From Podarcis gaigeae (lineage: Eukaryota), in assembly GCA_964106915.2 (NCBI GenBank), contig OZ066914.1: 64,000 bases of DNA. One strand, given 5' to 3'. Below are positions 1 to 13,633 of this stretch, piece by piece; position 1 is the first letter of the stretch; each line of letters starts with the position of its first letter. The notes under the pieces were generated by a model. It ran no database searches. It saw only the letters and a list, made by a program, of their open reading frames with translations, and was not told where the DNA came from. The translations under genes were made by a program, and so were the position numbers.

Positions 1-569
1 CTGTACCTTCAAGGCAAATCCAGAACCCAGAATACCCTGAAGAAAGGAGTGTTTTCAGAAGAGGAATGCCATATCAGTTATACCTTTTAAATTTAATTTC
101 AAGCAAATTCTGCTCAAATGGTATTTGCCCCAAATCTAAGATCGTCCCAGATTTCTTCTGGCTGGTTCTACTTGAGCTGCCACATTTTCCGTATTTCCAT
201 ATTTTTCATTATACTGGACCCAGATATTTTTGCACTTTTACAGTACTTACGGTCACACTTTTAAAGAGGCTGTACGGTACACAGGAACTACAGTGGGCAG
301 TTACCCGCATTAAAAGTTTGTGTTGTTTTTGCACATGGTTATTTTACATATGCCCACGCTAATAATTGTTTACGCAACAACAGCAGACCACAAAACTCAT
401 GATACAACATGCTTGTGATAAAAGCATGGATGCATAAATATCCAGGGCTTGTTTGTAACTATTGTATAAAAAATATGGTAGCCCCAACAGTATTGGGCAG
501 AATCTAACCGGCCAGATTAACACCCAAGCACAGAAATTCATCACTTTGGCAGTGATAAACAGTTGCTCA

Positions 570-824
<255 letters not shown>

Positions 825-2829
825 TTATCACATTATGAGGACATAAATTTATTGATGTTTCAATTTGCTTTGAGACTGAAACCGAGTGATGATAATTGTC
901 ATACATTGTAACAAACACATTTTTTAATTACTCTGAAAATGCCATTCATTCCCCCATGCACTCAGAAGAGCATGGTAAGGTCAGGTCTCTGAAGGACCAG
1001 AGTGTCTATGCTCTGTGGTGCACCAACAGTGACTTCTACAGGCAATGCTTTCTACGGAGACCAGATCTACTGCCACTGCGGATCCTTCTGCCCCAAGTGG
1101 TTGCCTCACCTTGCCTCATGGGTGGCCCTGCATTATTGCCTCTCTGACCTATGTATATACAAACCATGAAACCTTGTTAAGTATTTGGGTTCCTCCAGTA
1201 CTTACTTTCAGAGAGTTTGAAAAGCCGTGTTGTCATCAGCACACTAAGGAACTTCCAAGTCTTCCAAGTACACCGGAGGCCTTAATAAACTCTGTTTCTA
1301 AAGGCATGCTTTTAGCCCTCATTATTAAATATTTATTCATTAATTATTACATCTATACCCCATCTTTTCTCCAAGGAGCTTAAAACAGTGTATCTTGGTG
1401 CATGAAAATCAGAAAGATTTTGCAAGACAGTAGTCAGAAAACAAGTTACTGACTCCTGTTCCCCTCTTCTTTACACTTCTCTATGGTAGCTAAACATACC
1501 AGGCATTCCTTCCCGTTTTCTTCTTTACTAGGAACACCTCCAACAAAATATTTCAGATTCTGCACTTTAGGTACTAGCAGCTAATTTATGTAATTAGAAA
1601 TCTTTGCATTACTGTTGTGCCACAGCACATTTTGTATAATTTCACAAACAACTGCATACATAAGAAACCTATCCTTCTAGTGTAGTGCATTGAAGAAACT
1701 TATAATAGTAAAACAGTCTTTAATTCATGAGAAAGAAAAGAAGGCAGGAAATTGAATTACAACATAGCTCATGTTAACATGCTGTAAATTCAAAGCCTTA
1801 ATTTAGGCCTTTATGACTTGGAAAACTTTACGGTACATGAGGTTTCAGGGCCATGGGCAGCTTGCCCAAATCCCACTCTTCTCTTTTGGGAAAACCATAC
1901 CAGCCCAAGTAAAAACAAACTTTACATTGATAATTTTATTTATAACAAAGAAGGTATTTCCTAATGCATGGATACTATACATTAAGAAAACAGAAGGAAG
2001 GGTGAAAAATGCCACATGAAACAACTATATATTTTTAAAGTATTATAGTGGTGCAATGATGTCAAAAGGAAAAGGGACAGATCTAAAGTCAGTAGCTGAT
2101 CCCTGCAATATTATGATACACCGATTCACATATTTCATTCGAGGGTGTCTGGAAACTAATATGAAATGAAAATCAAACACCTGAGAAGAATGCTTTTAAG
2201 GAGATGATGGTCACAGCATTTGCACTGCAGACCAAAGTTTATATAGGTTGCAGTAAGCGATGACTAAATGTAAGTCAGACGTTATTCAAGACCTTACAGA
2301 AATAATGGAGTCCATTTCAGCAACAAAAGCAGAGGAGAGTATTCAGATGCCCTGAACATTTTTTTTCTTTTTCCAATAATATTTTCACACACACAAAAAC
2401 TGCATAGGTGTACTAAGCCCTGTGTTTTAGAGGAAAAGTTGAGAAAATACAAGTACTGTAGCAGAAGTACTTTTAGATATTCATTTTTTTTATCAGCACA
2501 TACAAGCAGTGCCATACTAAATGTGCATGTGTCTAGATTTCTATACAATAAATAATATATTCTTTAAAAATAGGATGACACTCTTGCACCAAATATCTGA
2601 AACTGATTGTATTATCCAGTATTTAAAAGAAGCAGTAACATCACTAAGATGATCACAATTGAATCTTGGAATTGAAGGATTTGCATCTGGATAACAACAT
2701 CAGTTTAAAACACTGCTTTGAAAAGAAATAGGCTGCTCATTATTGTGAATGAGAAGAAGAGATGATTTCAATTTCCCGCCAAATTTCCAATTTTTCATGT
2801 TAGGCTTTGGAAAAAGGCTGAAGCAGAAA

Positions 2830-2985
2830 GGACAGTAGCTTTGCATGCAGGAACCCCCAGGTTCAGTCCCTGGTACCTCCAGTTAAACAAATTAGAAAAC
2901 AAGTTGTAGTTAAACCACTTCCTGAGACTGTGGAGTGCTACTGGCAGTTGGAGGAAAGAACACTAAGCCAGTATGACTCAGTATA
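2830..2985 (+). mobile_element. Degenerate tRNA-derived squamate SINE (Squam3-like)
   Basis: Motifs 'ctttgcatgcaggaacccccaggttcagtccctgg' (B-box-like) and 'gactcagtataa' 3' end; homologous to the copy at 59497-59835; boundaries approximate. Confidence 0.55.
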
Positions 2986-2986
2986 A

Positions 2987-2987
2987 A

Positions 2988-3046
<59 letters not shown>
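2987..3046. repeat. (CA)n(GA)n compound microsatellite
   Basis: Directly visible. Confidence 0.95.
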
Positions 3047-3049
<3 letters not shown>

Positions 3050-5024
3050 TCCCTGTCCCAGTTTTGTTCAGGTCTTAATGCATGCCTCCATTAAAAACCT
3101 AGCAATTATCTTGTTCAGGAACATGTCCTGAACAAGCAGGTATAACAAAAGGTAGCAGCAATGTCAAAGACTCCATTGCACAATTCTCTTCCATCCTCTT
3201 GCACAATTTCGTGTTAATTACAATGGGGCTGGAACAGATTGTGGACTGTCCCAACAGCAGAGAATTTGCCATTTTATTTACAATTCACTTCAGTAAGCTG
3301 AGCTATCATAATACAAAGTTACCTTCAAGCCCAACATAACTGTTGTGAAATCTGTAAGCATGTTTTATTTACATAATATGGGAAAGGGCTGTACAGAATA
3401 AGTTATTTGCTCTTGAAAGCCTCTTTATTACAAACTAGAATTGTAAAAAATAAAAGGGAGACAATATTTGAATAGGTTTGTTTGGTCAGCTGGATAGTTT
3501 TACAACACTATTATTCACAGAAGGATGTATTAGCTCTTCCAACAGCTTTGGAGCCAAGCATTCAGCATTGTTGAAAAGTTTATGGTATCATTTTCCAGCA
3601 AAGGCCAGTATAGTTGAAAGTTATAAGAACATAACTCACAAAGAACAATGACAGTCAGATGAAAAGCCACCCATGAGACTAGGATGATGTATAAACAAAT
3701 AATTATGTTGTTTCATTAAAATGTTACAGCCTTGTTGGTGGGCTTTCATTGGCATGTAGACATATCCTAAGTCAATATGACAAAGAACCTTGTAACACAT
3801 TCTGTTCACTGCGGCATAAACCTTTGTATACTACATCCCACAAACTTATTATATAACTTGGACCCTAACCCATAATTACTCTAAGCATATTTTGAGGTGC
3901 CATAATACCCTTTTTTCTATAGTAAACTAACACAGTTTTTATTTTTTAATTTTTAATGTTTAATTCTTTGGAATTTGTCCCTTAGTAAATATATAAGAAG
4001 CTTAATTAAATGTATTTTTGTAAAATGCTTTGAGAGGTTTTTTTTTAAAAAAACCCCAATCAAATGGTATATAAATTTTATTAAATAAAAACATAAATGT
4101 CAATAATGGACAAGTGCAATAGCTGCACCAAATTCTGTGGGTCATGACTAGAATGGATTGTACAGTGTGGTAGGTACAGGCTAGTCACAGATATATACTG
4201 TAAGCAATTTTAGAAACATAAAATGGAAGCACCATGTTTAAAATAAGAGAGCTTAGCTAGCACAAATGCAGACCACTCTGTTATACATTCTGCATATACT
4301 AATTAGCCAAGAATTGAAGCCACTGAAGTAATTGCATGAGTAGAATGACTTCCTCTCCTTCTGCGTCTCTTCCACCTCCAAATCTGCTCCAGAAAGTAGG
4401 GAGACCCCAACAGCAAATTTGAGGGGCTTCAGTGGGTGCATAGGTGAGGTTCTATTGCACAGGCAAAATTCATTCTGCTCATGCAATGACTTCACTGGAT
4501 ACAACCCAGATGTAGTATTGCTCTTTTTAAAAAAGTCCAATTTAAATACTGTATGGGGGAAATTAAATACATAATTATTCCTGAGTTTCCACCTGATTTG
4601 GGGGCAATTCTTTCCCTCCAAAGGTTTTCTGTTCAAGAACATAAGCTTAGGTATAGAAACTCTGGGCAAGAAACGTGCTTCAAGTGTAGGTTGAATTAAT
4701 GAATAAATGATACGACGATAACTTGTCAACCACGTAAAATGATAGACAAGTTGGAATAATGTTTCTGTCTCCTAAAGATCAATGTGCAGATAACACAAGG
4801 ACTGTGAAAGGATTTCCCCACAGAGACCTGTGCTGCCATTATGTGGTGACTCACCACTGAGAAACATGCCTCAGTGATACAAGCTCTGCTTACATCCAGG
4901 CCAGAGGACTCTGTGTACAGCCGCCTTTGAAAAGGGTTCACAACTTCAATTAGGGTAGAATGCAGCAGCAACAATAATTGCATTAGTCAGGTGGTCGCAA
5001 CACGTTAACAATTCGGTACCTATT

Positions 5025-5289
5025 GTGTTTGTTGCCTGCTTGCTTACAGGCCAAATATCAAATGCTGGTCTTAGCTTTTTAAGCCCTAAATGGTTTGGGA
5101 CCAGGTTATCTGAAGGACCACCAGCACCCACATGACTTTAAGATCAGCTTCTGAGGCCCTGCTTTCCTGCCCATCAGTACAAACGTTAGTTGGGGGGTAC
5201 AAGGGATAGGGTCTTCTCTCAGGGTGGTCTCACATTTGTGGAGTTCCCCCTCTGAGGAAGTTTGTATGGCCTTATCATTGCTAACTTTC
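5025..5289 (+). mobile_element. L2 LINE 3' ORF2 remnant, interrupted by an RTE fragment
   Basis: Degenerate translation 'KALNGLGPGYLKDH...LRSASEALL' typical of the L2 ORF2 C-terminus; appears to resume after 6243. Confidence 0.65.
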
Positions 5290-6242
5290 CAACCCCTGTA
5301 TATGGTGTTTATTGACCTGACTAAGGCCTTCGACACTGTAAAACCATACTGCCCTGAGGACTGTCCTTCTGAAAATCAGCTGCCCAGATAAACTTGTGAA
5401 CATATTGTTGTCAGGAGTTCGTCCTACACTTGAGTAGGACCCTGGTATTGACTCATGCCCGACTGGCATGTTCTCTCCCTCCTGGTCGTTTGTTCGGGAG
5501 CTTCAAAAGCTTTCTTTTGCCCGAACATCACAGCGACCGATGCCAACAGACACCGGCACACTTAGGGATCCGCAGAGTCTTCGCAGCTTGCGTAACAGAC
5601 CTCAGCAACTCAGCATTTTGGCTAATCTACTTTATTTACATATAAACATTCAGAGCATTCTGACTTAGCTCCTTCCTCTTTCTCATCAGACAGCAAAGAG
5701 AAAGAACAAAGGACAATAATCCCACTTCACGGAACATAGTAACACAAACATCCTGTCTCCGTCACTTCCCACACTGTGGAGTCAAAACATACACGTCATG
5801 AGATAGACAACAATCCCATGACTGCAATCACGGAGCAGGAATCTTAACACATATTGGGCTCCTCCATGATAATACGACGACAACAATGGCTCTCAAAGTG
5901 AACCATTCACAGTGGGATCAGGCATTAAACAGATGTGTTATCGCCCCAACTCTATTATCTTCATCACCATGACCCTACACATTGTTGAAGGGAAACTCCC
6001 CACTGGGGTAGAAATCATATATCGAACAGAGTAGGCTGTTTAATCTGAGTAGGCTGAAAACAAAGAATAAGGTTACCATAACTTCCGTCATAGAGCTTCA
6101 GTATGCTGGTGACAACGTAGTGTGTGCACACTCAGAGGATGACCTACAAACCATCCTAAATATCTTTGCAGAAGCTTATGGAGAGCTTGGCCTATCACTT
6201 AATATCCAAATAACCAAAGTGCTGCACTAACAAGCACAAAAC
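5290..6242 (+). mobile_element. RTE-clade LINE reverse-transcriptase fragment (decayed), split by a solo LTR
   Basis: Translates as QPLYMVFIDLTKAFDTVNH..CPDKLVNI | ..CVIAPTL..FNLSRLKTKNKV..ELQYAGDNVVCAHSEDDLQTILNIFAEAYGELGLSLNI..TKVL (RT motifs FxDxxKAFD and degenerate YADD); flanked by AACTTTC at 5283-5289 and 6243-6249. Confidence 0.85.
5406..5849 (-). mobile_element. Solo LTR (444 bp)
   Basis: TGTT...AACA termini and perfect 5-bp TSD CATAT (5401-5405 / 5850-5854). Orientation inferred from AATAAA on the minus strand (5631-5636). Confidence 0.85.
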
Positions 6243-7979
6243 AACTTTCAAGAGAACTCTAGATACATTTTTATTTCAATCCACATTCAATTAATTACTG
6301 TGTTTTTATTCATTGTGACTGCTCTTTATAAAAAAAAAGTGCACAGTGGAGTTTTAATTTATGTTTATTGTATTGTTTTTAATTTCAGGTGTTTTTGTGA
6401 AGTCAATCTGTAGACTGTAATGTTGCTTAAAAAATATTTAAAAGAAAAACTTATTCATTTATTCTCCACCTTTCAAAGTATTTTCCCCAAGCCAGCTTAT
6501 ACTATCAGCAAAACAGCAGCATCAGTACAATAAAACAATTTAAAAGGACTATCTATCTAAAAAAGAAACAGAAATCTAACAGCAAATTATTACAGAGCAA
6601 AAGGGTTGGGGAAAATGCTTGGTGGACTGGTTCTGGAGTAAAATTGTTATGCCAAATCTCAGAAGTAATTGTCAAGAGAAAAGTCATAGTAACACTGGGT
6701 TCCAAGCATGTTGCCTGAAACTGTACCTTGTGTGGGTTTTCTTATTTGCTTTGCCCTCTACCCTCCCTCCACCCACAGTTGTGGACTCGTAATTTCTGAT
6801 AAAAAGATTAAAGGAATTCTGCAATTTCATTGTAAATGCACTGGAATGTCAGGGGGAGGAGCAAACAAAGGTCTATCCATAGGTTATCACATTAAAATTT
6901 CATCACAACTCAGCAGGAAAAGCTAAATGTTTCAATTAAAAGCATGGTCACACACAGTCATTTCTCACTGCAAGGCTTTGATCTAGTAGAATCACCACAG
7001 GAGTGGTTGTATGACTAATCTCATCCCTGTTTAATAGTCTAGAGAAATGAAGCTGCAGCAAAGTTAAGATTACCATCGGAAATAGCTGATAACAAAGAAA
7101 AAATAAACCATAACCAAAGGTACATGGATTAATAGTGACAAACACTGGCTTGCTTCATTTAAACTTGTGCGGGGGTGGGGGATATAATGCAAATGGAATT
7201 TTAAAGTATTTAGAGACTGCACAGACACCAGGGCCAAATACTTATCGGATAATAAAATACAGGCCTTTCACAGTGGCAGCAATTTTAAACCCTGGCAGAA
7301 TGCTAGTTTCATTTGAACTGGTTTTGTTAATGCTGCAAAGATAGAAACAGCCTGGGATGGATTCTGGAAACTGCAGGATTCTGCTCTGAGACTGACTGCT
7401 GTTGCATTCCTACCATTATTCCTGAACCTGCAATTTTAAAAAACAAACAAACAGATTTTCATACTACTGGATTTAGTGTAAGACACTTCTCCTCATTCAA
7501 GTCAGGGCACCTGACTTTTGCTGATCCCCTCCTGCCCACTTAAACCCTCTGACCTCCTAAAAAGCTGTTCCTGAGGTCCCTTCAGTCCACAATGTAATGC
7601 AATACAGAAGGCAACACTAAGAGTGTGGGACTACAATAATTAGGTGCACGAGTGTGTATTAGTGGGATTGCTTTCTGCTAGGGCAAAGTCATCATCAGCT
7701 GAAACATTATAAATCTGTAATCCTCTTTCCCAAAGAGAATGTTGCCCTGCAAAACCCCAGAGTACATAAAAATCAGATTATCAAAACAGTTCTGTATGTT
7801 CGTTTTAAATGACTGGAGCAGAAGGACCACTATATTACAAACAGAATTAGCACCCATGCCTGATTTAAGCCCATATTTATGCAAATGGTCTCACACTGAA
7901 GAATGATGTGTTCAAACCATGATCCTGCCTAGCACAGTCATGAAAATTAAGTTTATCCTCGTTCACACAATCCCCTAAA

Positions 7980-8330
7980 CCAAGGGTGCACAACCTGTGG
8001 CCCTCAAGGTGTTTCCAGACTACAAGTCCCATCAGCCCCTGCCAGCATATCCAGTGATTAGGAATGATGGGAGGTGTAGTCTGGAGGGGTGCACAACCTA
8101 AACCATGGTTTGAATTGAATTGATCATGAGCAAACTGTGGCAACCCTGAAGATTACATGCTTCTCCCATCTTCTCCTTTGTGCCATTGTTTAGGTCAGCC
8201 TTCCTGAATCTGGTGCCTTCCAGATCTTTTGGATTACAACTTCCACCAGTCCCAGCCAGCATAGTCAACAGCAAGGGATGGCGGGAATTGTAGCCCAAAA
8301 CAGTGGGACGGCACCAAGTGGGTGAAGGTT
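7980..8330. mobile_element. Two short non-autonomous DNA-transposon-like (MITE) copies
   Basis: Share the 'actacaa.tcccatca..cc..ccagcat...ggatg.tggga.ttgtag' foldback core with 9665-9790 and 37000-37110; boundaries approximate. Confidence 0.55.
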
Positions 8331-9834
8331 AGTTTTTAGGTGACCACCTGGAACCAGGCTTTTATGTATGAGAAAGAGTTCACAGTTTATGGAACAGATC
8401 ATAATGGGAAGAAATTTGCTGTGTAGCGACAGGTCCCAATGTTGTTGAAGGCAAAGAGCCCAAAGTGCAAGCTGCTGCATAATGGAAAATTGCTGGCTGC
8501 ATTTCAGTCACCTGTTGGATTGTGGCCATAGCCATTTACTATATACATGTCACTGGCAGGAATATACGGATGATTTAGAATTTCCACCTTACGACCTTTA
8601 AACTTGCCCAAATAAAAAATTAAAAAGCAGGCTGGGAATGTTGTTTTTTTCTTTAGAAAAGTGACTTCACTACTGGGCAAGGGGCAATTTTATATTTGAA
8701 AACATTTGCATCAATTGGCAATTGTGAGTGAACAATTATTCCATGACACCCCCTGCCTGAACCCGATATCTCTGTTGTAACTGAAAAAGATTCATTCTTA
8801 CATACCATTCATGTGGTTTATAATTACTTAGATATGTAATTTATTTATGGGAATATACAAGATGTTATTAATCAGGATGATTTTAGCAGATAACTCTAGT
8901 TGTGGATTGACAACAGATAGGGGTGTCTAAGGAGCACACCATTTAAAAAAGCTGGTCCCCATTTTCTTGAGAACCCAGCAGAAATCCAGGCAAAATAAAG
9001 AGAAGTTTCAAAGTAGCAGTGATTGGCAAATTATGCACGTTGCCTCTAAGTATAATTAAATCGTTGTTATTTTGCAACATTTTCTAGAACAAAAACTTAA
9101 TAGCCTAGTTGTTTTACTTCAGAAAGTATAGACTGCCGCATGCCAGCTGTTCTGTTTACTACTCAAATGCACTGGAAACAGTAGAAGGTTTGCTCTACAC
9201 TATCAATCACAGTGACACATGTGTGTGTTCTAGCCAAAATTAAACACTTTTATATCCCACTGAATTAAATAGGAAGAAGTTCAGTGCATGTTTACTCCTG
9301 CCACTTAAACCAATGGGACAGAAAAGTGCTGAGCTCAGTCTGATTCATGCTCACAACTAACAGTTAGTGCCATATATTAAAGCTTGTTCTTTTTAATCTT
9401 TCTTGTGTTGAAATAAGTATGTAAGAAATCTAAAGTCTAGGAGGTCTTATTTTATTTCTCTTTTCATCTAGTACAATCTAGTAGTGACAGAAGGGTTCAT
9501 GATTGAAGTGGCTATATTCCATTCAAACTACTCAGTGATGCCTTTGAAATACGGTTGTTCAAAGGTAACATATTTTTAGGGGCAATTTGCAACAATTACG
9601 ATGCAATCGTGATGCAAGAGCATCACGCAACAATCACCAAAAGGATAGCTTCCTATATTTTCCCTGCGGTTTCCCAAACTTGGGTCTCCAGCTGTTTTTG
9701 GACTACAATTCCATCATCCCTGACCACTGGTCCTGCTAGCAAGGGATGATGGGAGTGGTAGTCCAAAAATAGGAGGCGATCATAGTTTGGGATTAGTTTA
9801 ATAGCCACTGATTAGTTTAATAGCCTGTTGTCTT

Positions 9835-10153
9835 ATCAAACCTATCCATTCTGAAGGAAATCAGCCCTGAGTGCTCACTGGAAGGACAGATCCTGAAGCT
9901 GAGGCTCCAATACTTTGGCCACCTCATGAGAAGAGAAGACTCCCTGGAAAAGACCCTGATGTTGGTAAAGATGGAGGGAGGGCACAAGGAGAAGGGGACG
10001 ACAGAGGACGAGATGGTTGGACAGTGTTCTCGAAGCTACAAACATGAATTTGACCAAACTGCGGGAGGCAGTAGAAGACAGGAGTGCCTGGTGTGCTCTG
10101 GTCCATGGGGTCACGAAGAGTCGGACACGACTAAACGACTAAACAACAACAAC
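9835..10153 (+). mobile_element. BovB (RTE) LINE, 5'-truncated 3' end
   Basis: Diagnostic 'gaagctgaggctccaatactttggccacctcatg', 'gaaaagaccctgatg' and 'gagtcggacacgact' with (CAA)n tail; 17-bp TSD AGTTTAATAGCCACTGA (9795-9811 / 10154-10170). Confidence 0.92.
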
Positions 10154-10192
10154 AGTTTAATAGCCACTGACACTATGTTTTCCCCAACACCA

Positions 10193-10575
10193 GAACATAA
10201 GAAGAGCCTGTTGGATCAGGCCAATGGCCTGTCTAGTCCAGCATCCTATTTTCAGAGAGGCCTGTGGGAAACCAGCAAGCAGGATTTGTGCGCAACAGCA
10301 CTCTCCACTCTTGTGGTTCCAAGCAACTTGTATTCAGGAGCACTACCTCCTCCCACTGGCTGCAGAGACAGAGCATGGCCATCATGGCTAGTAGGCTTTG
10401 GTAGCCCTCTCCTTAATGAATTTGTCTAATTCTCTTTTAAAGCCATCTCAGTTGGTGGCCATCGCTGCCTGCTGTGGGAGTGAGTTCCATGGTTCAGCTA
10501 TGCTCAGCGTGAATAAGTTATTTCTTTTCTCTGTCCTGAATCTTCCAACATTCAGCTTGAATGGATGTTCACCAG
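10193..10575 (-). mobile_element. CR1-type LINE 3' end remnant
   Basis: 'agaacataagaagagcc..ggatcaggcc' terminus and 'ctgaatcttccaacattcagctt..atggatg', the reverse complement of the CR1 3' region also seen at ~18310-18350. Confidence 0.65.
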
Positions 10576-12488
10576 CTTCAGGAGGGATCTGGGCCTGGGC
10601 TGAATCACAGGGGGAAGGGTTTGACACTGCCCCCTCTCCAGTCCTTCATAGCATATCACACACACACACCGGAGCCGCTTGTAGCAAAAGAAAAATAAAA
10701 TCGAAATGCATTTATGCATCTCTAACATCATGGTTAATTTGATTTCTAGCTTCCAACCGAAAGCAATCAAACATAGTCTTAAAACGCCTAAATTTGGGGG
10801 AAAGAATGGTTGCAGTTGAGATTGTGGCTAGCTCGAACCTCCTATCTCTGAAACTCACGCTTATGTTTTAGTTCTTGACCACTTGGTTTGAAATCTTTTT
10901 GTTCCGATCTTCAGAGGATCATTCAGCAATGGGAATTGTATTCAGATTGTATGCATATTACTGCTTATGTTGCTGGGGACTGTATTTTCTTCCTTTTGCT
11001 TTGCCTTCTTTTTATAGGCTAATTTTTTCCATTCCTATTGAGGAAAGCTTTGCAGCCCTTACAAAGCGCCACTCATGCTTGACAAAAGTATACTTTTGCT
11101 GCCAAAATCAAGGCAGTGCCTTTTTTGCATATGGTTGCATCTGCCACCTTTAATTAAGAAGCCATGTGAGCCACTCCTCTGAAGAAGCTGAACACGTTGT
11201 GGTGTAATGTAGCCCCTTAGAAAGAGTTTAAAAGCTTAAAAAGCAAGTTTGCTGATCCCACAAGAGATTGCATTGTATTTACTATTTTACATATAAGAAT
11301 ATGGAAGGGGGAGATTCATAGAGTTCATATAGAAGGCTATATAAAAGAGATAAAAATCTGAAAAATGCCATCCTGTTTCTCAGTTACTGAATGTGTGGTG
11401 TACATGTACAACACGTATTTGGAGAACTGGATGTGCTCATTTAGCAAATCTGGTCCCCCCTGTCCAAATATCCCTGGACATTGCCTGTCCATGTTGTTGA
11501 CCAAGGTGGCTCCAGCAAAGACCTGCAGTCTGCATTATCTTGATGGTGGTATCCAGATTCAGCTTAACTGGTGTCAAGTGAAAGCAACGAGAGCAAACAC
11601 TGAGTAAATTTGCAATTGCAGGCCTACACACAGGAAACAAAGGTACAATACCAGAACAACAGAGGCTATGCTAAGAAGGGAAAAAAAACCTGTCCCAAGA
11701 AAGCACATTCCTGACTCAGATATAACATTTTCAGGACCAGCAGCAGTACAGTTGTTGCTCCAGTACTGGTCTGAACTTATTGAGCCCTCAGGTATTGCAG
11801 AAGCCAAGGAGATAGCCCTCCTGATGCCACCTGCAAATTTCCGCAAGAGTGAACTGAGTAGTTCTTTGATGATGGAAGGTGAGGAAGGCCTCACCTTCCA
11901 TTTTTCAGCCCAGTGACACAGGAGATTCTGGGTGCCTTTGGGACATGCAGAATTCTTGGCAAACTTCTGCTTTGCTGAAGCTGGATGTCACTTTGCTCCA
12001 CTATATTTCTGGAATCACTGTGGGCTAGTTTGACTGAAGGCATTTCTTTATCTTCCCTACAAGATTGAGGATTGTTTTCTGCTGCTTGCATTACTCACAC
12101 AATGAGTGGTAATCACAAGAACTAGAGCAGAAATCCTGAAAACTCCATTCATAAAAAGTGGGTTTTCAAGGTCTGGACTCACATGCAGGGTCTGGTCCAT
12201 GATACCAAGTTAAATGACATTCGCAAGTCCTTACTATTTCAAATCAGGAAAGTGCATACACAACAACCCAAACACAGTTAATAGGCTAAACATAGGACAT
12301 TTTATAGCAACAAACCACAGTGTTTCCTATATAAATGTTGTGAATAATGGTCAAACTAGATGCAACACCATCATTAATAGTTTAAGTGTTACACCTGAAT
12401 GAGGACATATTATAGAAATACTAGAAATTATCACATTAGGACAAAAAGGCTCTTCTAATTTTGAAAATGTACTATGGATTATACTTAC

Positions 12489-12629
12489 TACTCCCCACCA
12501 AAGGGCATCCGCATAGCTGCTAAATTCATGCTCGCCTGAATCATTCACAGCATCTTTTTCAGCCAAGTACACAAAATAAGATGAAAAAATCAGGCCTAGA
12601 AATCCAATGTACAGAGTAGTTATCAATTC
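12489..12629 (-). CDS. KCNQ1: KCNQ1 exon 6 (S5, turret, pore helix)
   Basis: 141 bp; cttttcag|GAATTG...GGAGTA|gtaagt; [47 protein letters not shown]. Confidence 0.97.
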
Positions 12630-13432
12630 CTGAAAAGAAGAATAAGAGCAAATTAATGAATAACTAGAGGCACATAGAATACTGCTGCTGCCAAATGTTA
12701 TTTTATAAAACGAATGACTGATTATTGGGCTCAGCTACCACACTGAATTTAACCAATTAAACATTAATCAAACAGTTCATTAATTTCAGTCACTCTACTC
12801 TGCCTAATGCTTAGTTGACTACCACCTGATATTTCCAATTTGCACTTAGCAAATCATTTTACCTTAATACTAGGTCAAAAAAATATTATTGTCAGTTACG
12901 TTAATGCAGCAGAATTGCAAACTGAAGTTGGAAAAATGATATTTTTAACCTTGTTCTCAAAACAACAAAGGATTAACTGACAGCACAATACTATGCACAT
13001 CTACTCAGAAATTAGACTTAATGGATTCAAGTGGCCATATGTGAGAGAAAGTAGGATCGGAACTAGCAGAACTGAAACAAATTACATCAAAACCACAGCA
13101 AATTATTTTTACAGGAGTTTGTTTGCACACACAGAGATTTTAAAATTATTAGGTCTGTCACCCAGTAAATGAAACCTTAGCGTTGAAGCATATGTCTACT
13201 TAAAAGTAAGCCCCATCACTGAGTTCAGTCAGGCTGACTCCAGGTATAGAATTGCAGCCTTGGTCAATCAAATAACATTAGTTAATCAGCTAATTAATTA
13301 AACTGATTAAATGTGATTAACTGTGAGTAAAGTCTGAAGCAGCAGGAAGGGGATTTCATTTAGTCCAAGATACCCCCAAAACAGTATATGGTCTATGGAA
13401 TCTGGCAGCCTAACAGTAAAATATCCTTATCA

Positions 13433-13633
<201 letters not shown>

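Noticed and set aside
4253-4729. 158-aa minus-strand ORF
   Set aside because: No recognisable domain, no clear splice context and intron-like composition; treated as a chance ORF.
9926-10429. 167-aa plus-strand ORF
   Set aside because: Read-through of the BovB 3' end, its (CAA)n tail and an antisense CR1 remnant; not a host gene.
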